DNA of 64,000 nucleotides from a virus, in the IMG/VR virus record IMGVR_UViG_3300028384_000991, positions 64,001-128,000 of that record; one strand, given 5' to 3'. Shown here piece after piece: positions 1 through 9,684 of the stretch. A model generated the notes under the pieces. It saw nothing but the letters and a program-made list of their open reading frames with translations, ran no database searches and had not been told where the DNA came from. A program made the position numbers and the translations under genes. Within the stretch, counting starts at the first letter, position 1. Every line of letters begins with the position of its first letter.

Positions 1-674
1 ATGTAGGATTAGAAAGAGCCTATCATGGAATGAATCCTTATCAAGATGTTATTAAAATATCTCCTGATATGCATGAAGAAGTAGACTGGAACGAAGTTGC
101 GTGTATTGTTGTAGAAACTTGTCCTCATTACGAAACTGTAGAACCGTACGGTTATAATGTATGGGAAAAAATAAATCAAATTCAAAAAGATTATGATGTA
201 TTAGTAATTATAGATGATATTTTTATGGGCGGTGGCAAAACAGGAAACTTCTTTGGCTTTAGTAAATTGCCTGTAGTTCCAGATATTTTTGTAATGGGCA
301 AATCAATTACCGGAGGATTTTTTCCTTTGAGTGTTACTTTGTATAATGAAAAAGTAAATGAACAGTTACATGATAGTTTATGGTTGCATGGACACACTTA
401 TAGTTTTTGTTTGTCGGGTGTGTTAAGTATGCTTGAGTATATCAAAGTGCTTGAAGAAAACAAATATATGGATAATGTTTATACAATAGTGTCAACAGCA
501 AAAGAATATTTTACAGATGCTGGTTTTGAAATAGTTGGCAATTACGGTTTAGTATTTTTACTGGCAAAGAATACATATAAATTTAGATTTGTATTACCTT
601 TAAACGCAGACGAAGAATATTTTAAAGCAGTGCCTGAAACACTAAAACAGTTGGATGAACGATGGAGCCAATAA
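1..674 (+). CDS. Class III PLP-dependent aminotransferase (5'-partial)
   Basis: Frame is open from the window start; motifs IIDDIFMGGGKTG, PDIFVMGKSITGG (PLP Lys), HGHTYS. Confidence 0.85.
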   Translation, partial: VGLERAYHGMNPYQDVIKISPDMHEEVDWNEVACIVVETCPHYETVEPYGYNVWEKINQIQKDYDVLVIIDDIFMGGGKTGNFFGFSKLPVVPDIFVMGKSITGGFFPLSVTLYNEKVNEQLHDSLWLHGHTYSFCLSGVLSMLEYIKVLEENKYMDNVYTIVSTAKEYFTDAGFEIVGNYGLVFLLAKNTYKFRFVLPLNADEEYFKAVPETLKQLDERWSQ

Positions 675-1372
675 AACGTATACAACTTTTAGAGCCACAC
701 GGAGTAGTTAGTCCGTACAACGATGTATGGTTTAACATATATCCAGGACCCCTTGGTTTGATGTGTAGTGGAGGTGCTGACAGTACGTTAATGTTATACT
801 TTACACTTTTACACAGTGACGATCCTATTCATGTTTTTACACTTGCAAACAATCCATTAGAATTAAAAAACATTACAGCGGCCACTGCTGTTGTAAACAA
901 ATGTGTTCAACTTACAAACAAGCACAATGTAGTTCATCATGTTGTACACATGGAAGGCAATAAGCCTGATGGTCCTGAAGTTTTTGCAAAGATGGTGGAA
1001 CAAGTTGGTATAGATATAGCAGTGGCTCAAATTGGTGTTACAAAAAATCCACCAAGAGACATTTTAGATAAAATGAATCAAAGCACTTCTCCAAGAGACA
1101 AAAGTAGAGATAATCCAGAGCCTACAAATGAGTTTACTGATGGGCGATTAAGGGGATATCCATATCATATATATTGTCCATGGACTATACACAATAAGCA
1201 GACTTTAGCAAACATATATAAAAAACATAATTTATTAAACACATTATTCCCTGTAACTTACAGTTGTGAATATTATCCATCAGATAATGATCTGCCTGAT
1301 CCAGGTATGGATCACTGCGGTCAGTGTTGGTGGTGCGAGGAAAGACAATGGGCATTTGGCCGAATGAAATAG
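662..1372 (+). CDS. QueC-like PP-loop ATP pyrophosphatase
   Basis: SGGADS PP-loop; C-terminal TYSC...CGQCWWCEER Zn site. Confidence 0.75.
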   Translation: MEPIKRIQLLEPHGVVSPYNDVWFNIYPGPLGLMCSGGADSTLMLYFTLLHSDDPIHVFTLANNPLELKNITAATAVVNKCVQLTNKHNVVHHVVHMEGNKPDGPEVFAKMVEQVGIDIAVAQIGVTKNPPRDILDKMNQSTSPRDKSRDNPEPTNEFTDGRLRGYPYHIYCPWTIHNKQTLANIYKKHNLLNTLFPVTYSCEYYPSDNDLPDPGMDHCGQCWWCEERQWAFGRMK

Positions 1373-1884
1373 TGAATAGTTTTGTTGAACGTTTTGACGA
1401 TGTTGAAAAAACATATAATCAACTTGTGAATAAAAGCAAACACTATCCAGACGGAAAAATATACAACGGCGATTGGCTACAAATAGGATTAAAAGCAACC
1501 TATGAACAAGACGGAAAAGTACATAGACAGTTAGGATTTGATACACCTATAAACGATTTACTTAATCAAGATATAGTTGTAAGTGCAATTTTTTCTATAC
1601 TTAAACCGGGTGTAGAAATTACGCCACACAAGGGGCATAGAGGATTTGCAGAAAAAATTTACAAAGCACATATTTGTGTTCACGAAGCAAAAGACAGTGC
1701 ATTAATTGTAGGTGATAAAAAATACGAATGGAAAAGAGGACAAGGATTTTTATTTGACGACACTATTGAGCATACAGCATACAATAGAGGAACAGATACA
1801 CGGGTAGTCTTGCTAATGGACATTGCAAGAGATCCAAATGATATTCCTGTGTTTAGTAAAAACATGGTAGAAGCATACTTATGA
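1348..1884 (+). CDS. Aspartyl/asparaginyl beta-hydroxylase family Fe(II)/2OG oxygenase
   Basis: FSILKPGVEITPHKG, FLFDDTIEHTAYN...RVVLLMD; ATG 1348 with GAGG upstream. Confidence 0.85.
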   Translation: MGIWPNEIVNSFVERFDDVEKTYNQLVNKSKHYPDGKIYNGDWLQIGLKATYEQDGKVHRQLGFDTPINDLLNQDIVVSAIFSILKPGVEITPHKGHRGFAEKIYKAHICVHEAKDSALIVGDKKYEWKRGQGFLFDDTIEHTAYNRGTDTRVVLLMDIARDPNDIPVFSKNMVEAYL

Positions 1885-2780
1885 AATTAGATTATAAAAA
1901 TAAACATATGAACGATTGGTTTCTTGTAAGTTGGACATTGTCTAATAAATGCAATTATCGCTGTGAGTATTGTCCTGACATATTACATAACGGAAGCACA
2001 GGTCAACCTCGTTGGGAAACTGTAAAACATTTTGTTGAAAACTTCAAAGTAAACAAAACTATTTGTTATAGACTAAGCGGTGGCGAACCTACGTATTGGA
2101 AACATTTTTTAGATCTTGCAAAACTTGTTAAAAAGCAAGGACACTATTTTAGTTTTGTAACTAATGGAAGCCAACGTGTAAAATACTATAAAGAAATTAG
2201 CAATTACACAGACGGATTTATAATCTCATATCATCCGCAGTATGCGAATATAGATCACTTTATAGAAATTGCAAACAGTGTTAGTTGTCCTGTAGCAGTT
2301 AATTTAATGCTTGTACCAGATAAATTTGACGATATGTGTACAGTAGCAAGGCAATTATACCACGGTAGTGTGAACTTAACTGTTGAACCTAAAATTGTTG
2401 TAGATAAAACAAGCACAGATTTTGTAACAAACGAAGTATCAACATATACCCAAGAACAAAAAGAAATTATTGCTAATTGGAAATATCAACGTAAATTAAA
2501 CTTTGATAATCTCCATAGAGGGGATATGATAATGGATAATGTAGAATATGAAGGCCATGAAATTATACTACAAGGCAAAAACAAGTTTTCAGGTTGGCGT
2601 TGTTGGGCAGGCCTTGATGGTGTAAATATTGATATGTGGGGTAACCTATATAGAGCAGATTGTCAGTATGGCGGAGCATTAGGCAATTTGGAGAGATATA
2701 AATTACCAAGCACAGAAATTGTGTGTGGTAAAACAGTATGTAGTTGCTTGAGCGACATATACATAAGGAAAGAACAATGA
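1881..2780 (+). CDS. Radical SAM protein with C-terminal Cys cluster
   Basis: CNYRCEYC, SGGEPT, TNGS; C-terminal CWAG...C...CGKTVCSCLSD. Confidence 0.9.
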   Translation: MKLDYKNKHMNDWFLVSWTLSNKCNYRCEYCPDILHNGSTGQPRWETVKHFVENFKVNKTICYRLSGGEPTYWKHFLDLAKLVKKQGHYFSFVTNGSQRVKYYKEISNYTDGFIISYHPQYANIDHFIEIANSVSCPVAVNLMLVPDKFDDMCTVARQLYHGSVNLTVEPKIVVDKTSTDFVTNEVSTYTQEQKEIIANWKYQRKLNFDNLHRGDMIMDNVEYEGHEIILQGKNKFSGWRCWAGLDGVNIDMWGNLYRADCQYGGALGNLERYKLPSTEIVCGKTVCSCLSDIYIRKEQ

Positions 2781-3394
2781 AAATAGTAGTAACAGGAAAC
2801 CCTAATTATGAAGGACTGTGCAAAGGAATCTATAAAACATTTGGTCCTGATGTTGAATTTATCGGTAGATGGAATGGTTGGGACGTAACAGATTTAGATG
2901 CTGTTGCAGATTATGTAAAAGATTTTGACGTATTTGTTAACAGTCAATATGGACCCAACGGAGAGCAAATACAGTTATTAGAAAAAGTATATCCTATTTT
3001 CAAAGGTGATCATATTGTTAATATTAGTAGCACAACATCTTGGTGGGATAAGGTTTGGGATACTACAAAGCCTGTGGATTTAATTGAAGGATTTCCGGAA
3101 GACAATCAAGCAAGGTATTTTCAAAATAAAATGAATTTAGATATCATGGCAAGAAAACTATCTAAGAATGTTTGTTGGGGAACTAATAAAATAAGAATCT
3201 CAAATATTGCATTTGGCCAACTTGCTTCTAAATATAAAGTTCAAAAAAATAATGTAAACAAAATAAGTCTTACACAAGCCGCTTCAATTGTCAAGTGGGT
3301 TATAGATAGTCCTACAAATATGAACGTGCATTATATTGCTGTTGATCCTATTCAAAGAGAGGATACAATTCAGGACAATACTCAAGAACATTAG
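2777..3394 (+). CDS. Short-chain dehydrogenase/reductase-like protein
   Basis: KIVVTG, DVFVNS, IVNISS, YxxxK (YFQNK); ATGA overlap with upstream stop. Confidence 0.7.
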   Translation: MKIVVTGNPNYEGLCKGIYKTFGPDVEFIGRWNGWDVTDLDAVADYVKDFDVFVNSQYGPNGEQIQLLEKVYPIFKGDHIVNISSTTSWWDKVWDTTKPVDLIEGFPEDNQARYFQNKMNLDIMARKLSKNVCWGTNKIRISNIAFGQLASKYKVQKNNVNKISLTQAASIVKWVIDSPTNMNVHYIAVDPIQREDTIQDNTQEH

Positions 3395-4472
3395 TATCTC
3401 TAATACGATCTAAGTCTTTGGTAAAGTTAATAAACTTATCAACGTGTTTACCTAAAAATTCATCTTGTGTGTAATTAACATTAGGTAGTTTATATTCAAT
3501 ATTCTGTAATATATTATTAGGAAGTATTCTCGGATTCAAGTAAGGCGGTTGTGCTACAACGTTATTAAAGTAAATGCTCCAATGGTCTTGTTTGACACTG
3601 TCATACCAAGTTTGTATTTTACCTAAGTGTGCAATATTGTATGCCATCACTGTTACAGCAATAATTACCCTGTCGAAGTTATAGTGTTTTAAATTTTCAT
3701 TTAGTTGTGCAAATGTAAAGTTCTTACCGCCTCTAATATATTCGTACAATCCATCTGTACCTTCTACACTCACAGTCCACTTAGTATGGCTGTATTGTTT
3801 TGCAAGTTCGTGAACTTCTTCATCAACAATAGTGCCATTGGTAGTCCAATCAAGTGTTACGTTCTTAGCAATACCTAAGTCAATAAACTTTTTAAGGATA
3901 GTTTTATTTGCAGGTTCCATGTAAGGTTCTCCACCTTTGATACTTAGGTAACGCAAATTCATAAAAGGCGTAGGATCTTCAAACAATCTTTCTATAATTT
4001 GTTCGCTTTTGTTAGTGTAACCAAATTCTGGATCGCTGGTTCTACGAAAATATGGATTGCCGTTTTCTGCAAGTTTAAGATCATCTTTTACCCAAGCACT
4101 TGAATTTATACCATCACACATACGGCATTTCAAATTACATATATTGCTCATATTAAATTCCAAAAACATAATATCGTGGAAGTTTTTGGTATAGTCGTAA
4201 TTGGTTCCTTCAAGCATTGGATTCAAAATATCACGGAAGAATAATCTTCTACTATGACCTACTGCGGCTTCTTTTAAAGCACATTGTTTACACTCTGGTG
4301 GCAACTGACCCTTACGTATAGAATCCTTTGTGTATGACGCTGTAATGCTGTTTAAGACGGTGTTTAAAGACGATTTAAGCACGTTACCATAGCGGTTTGT
4401 ATACACTCCGTCGGGTACAATATCCCCATTAAAGCGTACCAAAATACTATGCCAAGGTGCGTAACATTTCAT
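3348..4472 (-). CDS. Radical SAM protein with N-terminal SPASM/twitch-like domain
   Basis: CNLKCRMC, GGEP, TNGT; N-terminal C...CKQC. Confidence 0.9.
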   Translation of the reverse strand: MKCYAPWHSILVRFNGDIVPDGVYTNRYGNVLKSSLNTVLNSITASYTKDSIRKGQLPPECKQCALKEAAVGHSRRLFFRDILNPMLEGTNYDYTKNFHDIMFLEFNMSNICNLKCRMCDGINSSAWVKDDLKLAENGNPYFRRTSDPEFGYTNKSEQIIERLFEDPTPFMNLRYLSIKGGEPYMEPANKTILKKFIDLGIAKNVTLDWTTNGTIVDEEVHELAKQYSHTKWTVSVEGTDGLYEYIRGGKNFTFAQLNENLKHYNFDRVIIAVTVMAYNIAHLGKIQTWYDSVKQDHWSIYFNNVVAQPPYLNPRILPNNILQNIEYKLPNVNYTQDEFLGKHVDKFINFTKDLDRIRDTNVLEYCPELYPLFE

Positions 4473-5005
4473 TACAAATTCTCAACTATTTTGGAAAATG
4501 GTTCTGTAAATCCACCAATTTGAAAATGCAGTCTTTGATACAGATTTTCTTCAGCACCGTGTTTAGTATTGGTATCAATTAGTGTAGGACCTTCATACAA
4601 ATAACTGTCCAAAATATTATCATTTTCGTCATACCAAACTACAGGTGTGTCTACACCTCTAAGCGGGATAGTGAATGCCGCAGTTCGTTTATCTATGTGC
4701 GGTGATAAAGAACCTTCAATAATAAAATATTGTGCATATTCATAAACATCATTTATATCTCGTTTAAGAATTCTTGATAAGTCCCAAAAGATTTGCAGGT
4801 GTTTAAAATCTTCTGGCAAGTCTTTAAAGTATAAACTTCTTACACTATAACTATTTGCACCTAAGCGTTCTGCAACACTTTTATATGTTACATAGTTTCC
4901 GTTATGATCTGTAAATCCGTCTTTGGCAAGATCCATATATTTGTCAGCAATCTCTATTAACTGCTTCTTGTTATATTCTAAATCAATTTTGTGATAGTAC
5001 TTCAT
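4472..5005 (-). CDS. Putative Fe(II)/2OG oxygenase-fold protein
   Basis: LSPHID...KHG...RLHFQ (HxD...H...R); start reassigned to ATG 5005. Confidence 0.6.
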   Translation of the reverse strand: MKYYHKIDLEYNKKQLIEIADKYMDLAKDGFTDHNGNYVTYKSVAERLGANSYSVRSLYFKDLPEDFKHLQIFWDLSRILKRDINDVYEYAQYFIIEGSLSPHIDKRTAAFTIPLRGVDTPVVWYDENDNILDSYLYEGPTLIDTNTKHGAEENLYQRLHFQIGGFTEPFSKIVENL

Positions 5006-5444
5006 CAAATCTCTTTCCGAAGGCTGATCGCAAGTCACTGTGTAATTTATCGATTACAACAGTAGGTTGGTAAACTCCTACATTATCCCAGTCTACCATT
5101 TCCATGTTATCGCCGTCTATAATAATATTACTTAAAACCCAATCTCCATGTGCGTAAGGTTGCGTTTCTTCGATGTTTTCTAAACAAAAATTATAAATCT
5201 TTGTTATAAATTCGTCAGTGTGTTCAAATGTGTTTGCTGGTACTCCAGGAACTTCTTTTACATCAACAAACATTTTGCCATCAGAACAACCACTGTTTAA
5301 TATATACCCTGGACGTATCTCTTCCATTATATCAATGTGTTCATCGTAATAGTCTTTGTTTTCAAAAGACCATTCTTTCCTATAAAAGCCATTGCCTTTA
5401 TATACACGTCTTTGTTTTTCTTTGTTTGTTTTAATTAATTCCAT
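4983..5444 (-). CDS. Small APH/choline-kinase-like phosphotransferase
   Basis: HGDWVLSNII catalytic-loop motif followed by VDWD. Confidence 0.65.
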   Translation of the reverse strand: MELIKTNKEKQRRVYKGNGFYRKEWSFENKDYYDEHIDIMEEIRPGYILNSGCSDGKMFVDVKEVPGVPANTFEHTDEFITKIYNFCLENIEETQPYAHGDWVLSNIIIDGDNMEMVDWDNVGVYQPTVVIDKLHSDLRSAFGKRFDEVLSQN

Positions 5445-6474
5445 ATGCTTCTGCTACTTCTGGTATGTAGTCTTGTATTCTACATCCACGTAATTTATCA
5501 AAGGTTTCTATCCATTTTAAAAATGCATTGTATTGTACTTCGTCTCGTTCTTGCTCAACCCAGTATTTAAATTTTTCAGGTGCAAACTTTTTAATACTAT
5601 CAGGAGCATTTTTACTATCGAAGTATGTAGGGTGAAACAGTAAATTATCAAATACACGGAAGTCGTTTGTTTTTGCCCAACCTACAATATTATCATAATC
5701 ATGTAAGTTCATAATCTGTATTGTAGGACCTAAACTTTTGTATTTTACAAATTCTGCCCAACGTAACATATTTGTTTCTACAGTTTTCCAATCGCTACCC
5801 CAACGAATATAATCATTCACTTTGCCTATACCGTCAACACTAAAACACATATTGACTGTATCAAAACGTTTTAGTTCTTCGTACACATTAGGGTTAATAA
5901 TTGTAGCATTGGTATTGAATCTTATTTCAACGCTATTATCTAATTTCTTAAGAAACTTATGTAAGCCTCTTACCATCATAGGTTCGCCACCTGTTAAATA
6001 AACTTCTCTTAGTTCGGGCAAACTTGCAAGGTAATCGCCACGTTCTTCTGTATACCAATCATAGTTAGGAAACTGTTCGTTGCCCCAAGGTGATTCTAAA
6101 CCTTTCGCAAGTAATTCTTTATGATCTTGATTTACACCGCTTGATGTTGCAGGGTAGCACATAGTACATTTGAGATTACAATTACTACCAAAGCGTAAAT
6201 CCAGATGACTTACGCCAGGACCATACTGTCGTGGCTTAGTACGTTGACTGCCTTGTCCGGATGCTTCTTGTATTTCACATTTTTTACAAGCATCAGGAAA
6301 TTCGTTGTTATCAAATTTTTGTACTGCATCTTTGAATATTTTACTATTGCGCCATTCTTCTATCGTGTGCGTTTGAATATTTTCTTTATTTGTTGGTTCT
6401 CTGCTAATACAACACAAGCGAAACTCGCCAGATGTTCTAATACAAACTTGATGATCTAAATACTTACACTTCAC
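5431..6474 (-). CDS. Radical SAM protein with N-terminal twitch domain
   Basis: C...LCC...CKKC, then CNLKCTMC, TGGEP, NTNAT. Confidence 0.9.
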   Translation of the reverse strand: MKCKYLDHQVCIRTSGEFRLCCISREPTNKENIQTHTIEEWRNSKIFKDAVQKFDNNEFPDACKKCEIQEASGQGSQRTKPRQYGPGVSHLDLRFGSNCNLKCTMCYPATSSGVNQDHKELLAKGLESPWGNEQFPNYDWYTEERGDYLASLPELREVYLTGGEPMMVRGLHKFLKKLDNSVEIRFNTNATIINPNVYEELKRFDTVNMCFSVDGIGKVNDYIRWGSDWKTVETNMLRWAEFVKYKSLGPTIQIMNLHDYDNIVGWAKTNDFRVFDNLLFHPTYFDSKNAPDSIKKFAPEKFKYWVEQERDEVQYNAFLKWIETFDKLRGCRIQDYIPEVAEAYGIN

Positions 6475-7447
6475 CGCAAGTTACCTCACAAATTTTAAAT
6501 CTATTTTCTTTAGGTTGTGTTAACATATCACTTTCAACTATTTCTTGTATACTCAGGTCATTTACATTAGGCCACGTAATACTATTACATTCTTTTGCAT
6601 AAGGACTATCAGGATTTTTCGCATAGCGATCGCTTAACAAATAGCAACAAGGAAATACTTCTCCAGTATGACTAATTTGTATTTTTTGTTTGCGTTGCCA
6701 TTTGCAATTTATACAACCTTTTTCTAATCCCACTTCTAATACTTTTTCTAAACGTTCTACATTGTCTAAATGTTTCTTGTCATATTTTACAGTACGTTCT
6801 TGTTCTTTTTTTGTTGCTTTAAATTTTTCTACTGCTTCTGATACAATACTATCCATAGCAGTAAATGTGTAACCGCCATTAATATCAAAAACAACAAACC
6901 CCATGTCTTTAGAAAGTTGTTCGCACTGTTCTATTTGATGTTTGTTGTGATCAAATACAAGCATACGCCATCTTGCTAATCCACCAGAATCAATAAATGC
7001 TTTGGCATTGTCCATTACATTTTTCCAAACAACATGACGTCTATATAAATGATTAGTATCTTCTAACCCGTCAATACTAAATGTAATTACGCCTTGTGGA
7101 AAGTTTCGTAATTCCTGTGCAATTAGTCTGTATAGATTTGGTTTACCAATGCCTCCGTTGGTGTGTATCATTATTTTACATTTTAGTTTTCTTGCATATT
7201 GTAATGCAAATGGTAAATTTGGATTCATTAAAGGATCGCCGTAAGCACCATTAAAAATAATTTCTTCTACACCTCTTGCATTGTCAACAATATTCTTAAA
7301 AGTATCCATGTCCATATGACCTAAAGGCATATGTGGATTAACAGTAGTGCCGTCAATATTGCGTGAACAATTACCACACATAGCATTACAATGACTTGTA
7401 AAGTCAACTACTATTGTTTTAAGATTATTTTTAGACAAAAATTGCAT
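6464..7447 (-). CDS. Radical SAM/SPASM protein
   Basis: CNAMCGNC, YGDP, HTNGG, FSIDG; C-terminal PCC...CEVTC; start reassigned to ATG 7447. Confidence 0.9.
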   Translation of the reverse strand: MQFLSKNNLKTIVVDFTSHCNAMCGNCSRNIDGTTVNPHMPLGHMDMDTFKNIVDNARGVEEIIFNGAYGDPLMNPNLPFALQYARKLKCKIMIHTNGGIGKPNLYRLIAQELRNFPQGVITFSIDGLEDTNHLYRRHVVWKNVMDNAKAFIDSGGLARWRMLVFDHNKHQIEQCEQLSKDMGFVVFDINGGYTFTAMDSIVSEAVEKFKATKKEQERTVKYDKKHLDNVERLEKVLEVGLEKGCINCKWQRKQKIQISHTGEVFPCCYLLSDRYAKNPDSPYAKECNSITWPNVNDLSIQEIVESDMLTQPKENRFKICEVTCGEV

Positions 7448-7452
7448 ACTTG

Positions 7453-7500
7453 TATTTAACATCATTATCAGAGTACATAATGGTACCTGGCACATAAATA
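7453..7500. promoter_or_regulatory. Divergent pair of T4-like late-type promoters (TAAATA)
   Basis: TAAATA on minus (7453-7458) and plus (7495-7500), each exactly 5 nt before an ATG. Confidence 0.6.
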
Positions 7501-7505
7501 CTGCT

Positions 7506-8225
7506 ATGCAAGAGTTAGACAATTTCCATAATCAATATGGTAAAGTTATTAATGAAAAATACCCAGATACATTTGATCCTAAGTGGTTAGTAATGGAAAG
7601 CGGTTGGGGTTATTTTCATATTAGTGCTTTAGATAATCAACCTTGGAAAGAAATGCACAAAGAAGCAGAAGCACTTGCTGATAAGTTTCATTCACACAGA
7701 GAAGATAGTTACGGTAAAGGTTGGAAAAGTCTAACACTACACGGACTTAATGAAGATACACAAAGTCTTGGCCAATACGGCGAACGTGACGAAGTTTTAA
7801 AACAATTAGATTGGACTTGGGTAGCAGAGCAATGTCCTATAACTAAAAAGTTTTTAACTGATGTTTGGCCAGCAGAATTTTTAAATCGTGTAAGATTTAT
7901 GCTACTTGAACCGGGCGGATATATTCTTCCACATCAAGACAGACCAGATGAAGAAAAACGTTTAAGTGTGTGCAACATTAGTTTAAACAATCCTGAAGAT
8001 TGTACATTTGTATTCAAAGAAAAAGGTATTGTTCCTTTCAAGGACGAAGGCAGTGCGTTTTTAATGGATATCAGTAATCCACACAGTGTTTGGAATAAAA
8101 GCAATAAGCCAAGAATACACATGATTATACATTTCGAATTAGGTAGACGTACCAGAGATATGTTTTATACACTAAGGCAAAGTTTTTATACAAACAGGAG
8201 TAGGCTAAATGAAGGATTGGAATAG
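7506..8225 (+). CDS. Asp/Asn beta-hydroxylase-like Fe(II)/2OG oxygenase
   Basis: RVRFMLLEPGGYILPHQD...PHSVWN...RIHMIIH. Confidence 0.8.
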   Translation: MQELDNFHNQYGKVINEKYPDTFDPKWLVMESGWGYFHISALDNQPWKEMHKEAEALADKFHSHREDSYGKGWKSLTLHGLNEDTQSLGQYGERDEVLKQLDWTWVAEQCPITKKFLTDVWPAEFLNRVRFMLLEPGGYILPHQDRPDEEKRLSVCNISLNNPEDCTFVFKEKGIVPFKDEGSAFLMDISNPHSVWNKSNKPRIHMIIHFELGRRTRDMFYTLRQSFYTNRSRLNEGLE

Positions 8226-9684
8226 TCTATCTGTTGATCGTTATTACGAAGATTTAAATGCAAACGCAGATGTTGCTATAGGTATTCTTGATATTTCCAG
8301 AGACATTGATAACGAGTTTGTTGCAAAGCGGACATTTGACAAAACATATTTTTATGTAAATCGTATGCTAAAAATGAATCTTGCAAGTTATGTAGGATTT
8401 GAAAAAAGCGTAAAAACTCTATTACAAAAGTCAATTGAACAAAACAAAAAATATTGTATGATTGCTTGCCAAGGATTACTTCTTTATCGCGGTCCAAGTT
8501 TAGTGCAGAAAAGTGTAGAATATGCAAAAAACAATCCGCAGTTTTTTGTAGTAGGACACATCATGGATAAGAAAAGTCAGCATCATTATCTTACACAAGG
8601 TGCATACCCAGGACTTCATAGACAATATCTATTTGTAAATCTTTCTAAGTGGCAAGAACTTGGAGAGCCTGAGTTTGATGAGTTAGGCATTTTTACAGAC
8701 CGACCAAGAGAATATCGCAACGTAGAATTTAGTGCAGACACTATTCACAGCGAATACACACCAGCCTGGGTCAAAGGTGCTGAAGGATATAGCAAACATA
8801 CTATTACTGCTGACGGCAGTAACTGGATCCATCTTGCGGCAGAAAAAGGTATTACTATAGATAATCTTGATAACGATATGCGTGAGTGTAAGGTATTTCT
8901 TTATCCTTATAATAAACCACATATACTTGAAAAAGTATGGTTAGATAAACGCAATGACAAACTTGTTGATCAACTTAATTATAGTCAGAAGGCTTGGATA
9001 CGCAAACTTGGTTATCAAGAAGAAATTGAAAAAGATAGAGTGTATGCATTCAATACAGAAAGATTATCAGGAGAAGGAGTAAGAACAGATGGCAAAAATA
9101 TTGATCATCTTTTTTCAGCGGCCGCCGGCTTTAAGCCTCTTGCCATATTAAACGCAAATGGATTTCATAGGGGAACTACAGTACACTATTTTGATTGGTG
9201 CGAAGCAAGTCTAAAATATAAAAAGCATTTACTTGAAACTTGGAATGGTTATGATTTAGATGAATGGTTACTTGAACACGATTTAGAATATAATTTTAGT
9301 TCAACATTTAGAGGAAATTACAAACAGTTCTGGAAACAAGAACTTAAAGAGTTTGGAGGCAGTCTTGCATTTCAAAGACTATGGGATAGATACAAACAAT
9401 TAAAACATGAATTTCATGTAATAGATATTGTAAATGATAGTGATAAACTTTTTAATATAATTAATGATCTACATGGAACAAAAGTTTTATGGACTACAAA
9501 CATTTGGTCCAGTGAAATGTTGCATTGGAATATGCAACCAGAAGACTTAGAAACATTATACATAAAATTTAAGTCACAGATTCAAGATGACTTAGTAGTA
9601 TATGGACACGATTATTGTGCAATAGATTTAAATGACAGTGTAAAAGGAAATTACACTCATGTGAGGTATAACAATGGTAACTAA
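8209..9684 (+). CDS. Hypothetical 491-aa protein, possible C-terminal SAM-binding Rossmann-like domain
   Basis: Long coupled ORF; FSAAAGFKP...VHYFDWCEASL weakly resembles SAM motifs I/II. Confidence 0.45.
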   Translation: MKDWNSLSVDRYYEDLNANADVAIGILDISRDIDNEFVAKRTFDKTYFYVNRMLKMNLASYVGFEKSVKTLLQKSIEQNKKYCMIACQGLLLYRGPSLVQKSVEYAKNNPQFFVVGHIMDKKSQHHYLTQGAYPGLHRQYLFVNLSKWQELGEPEFDELGIFTDRPREYRNVEFSADTIHSEYTPAWVKGAEGYSKHTITADGSNWIHLAAEKGITIDNLDNDMRECKVFLYPYNKPHILEKVWLDKRNDKLVDQLNYSQKAWIRKLGYQEEIEKDRVYAFNTERLSGEGVRTDGKNIDHLFSAAAGFKPLAILNANGFHRGTTVHYFDWCEASLKYKKHLLETWNGYDLDEWLLEHDLEYNFSSTFRGNYKQFWKQELKEFGGSLAFQRLWDRYKQLKHEFHVIDIVNDSDKLFNIINDLHGTKVLWTTNIWSSEMLHWNMQPEDLETLYIKFKSQIQDDLVVYGHDYCAIDLNDSVKGNYTHVRYNNGN

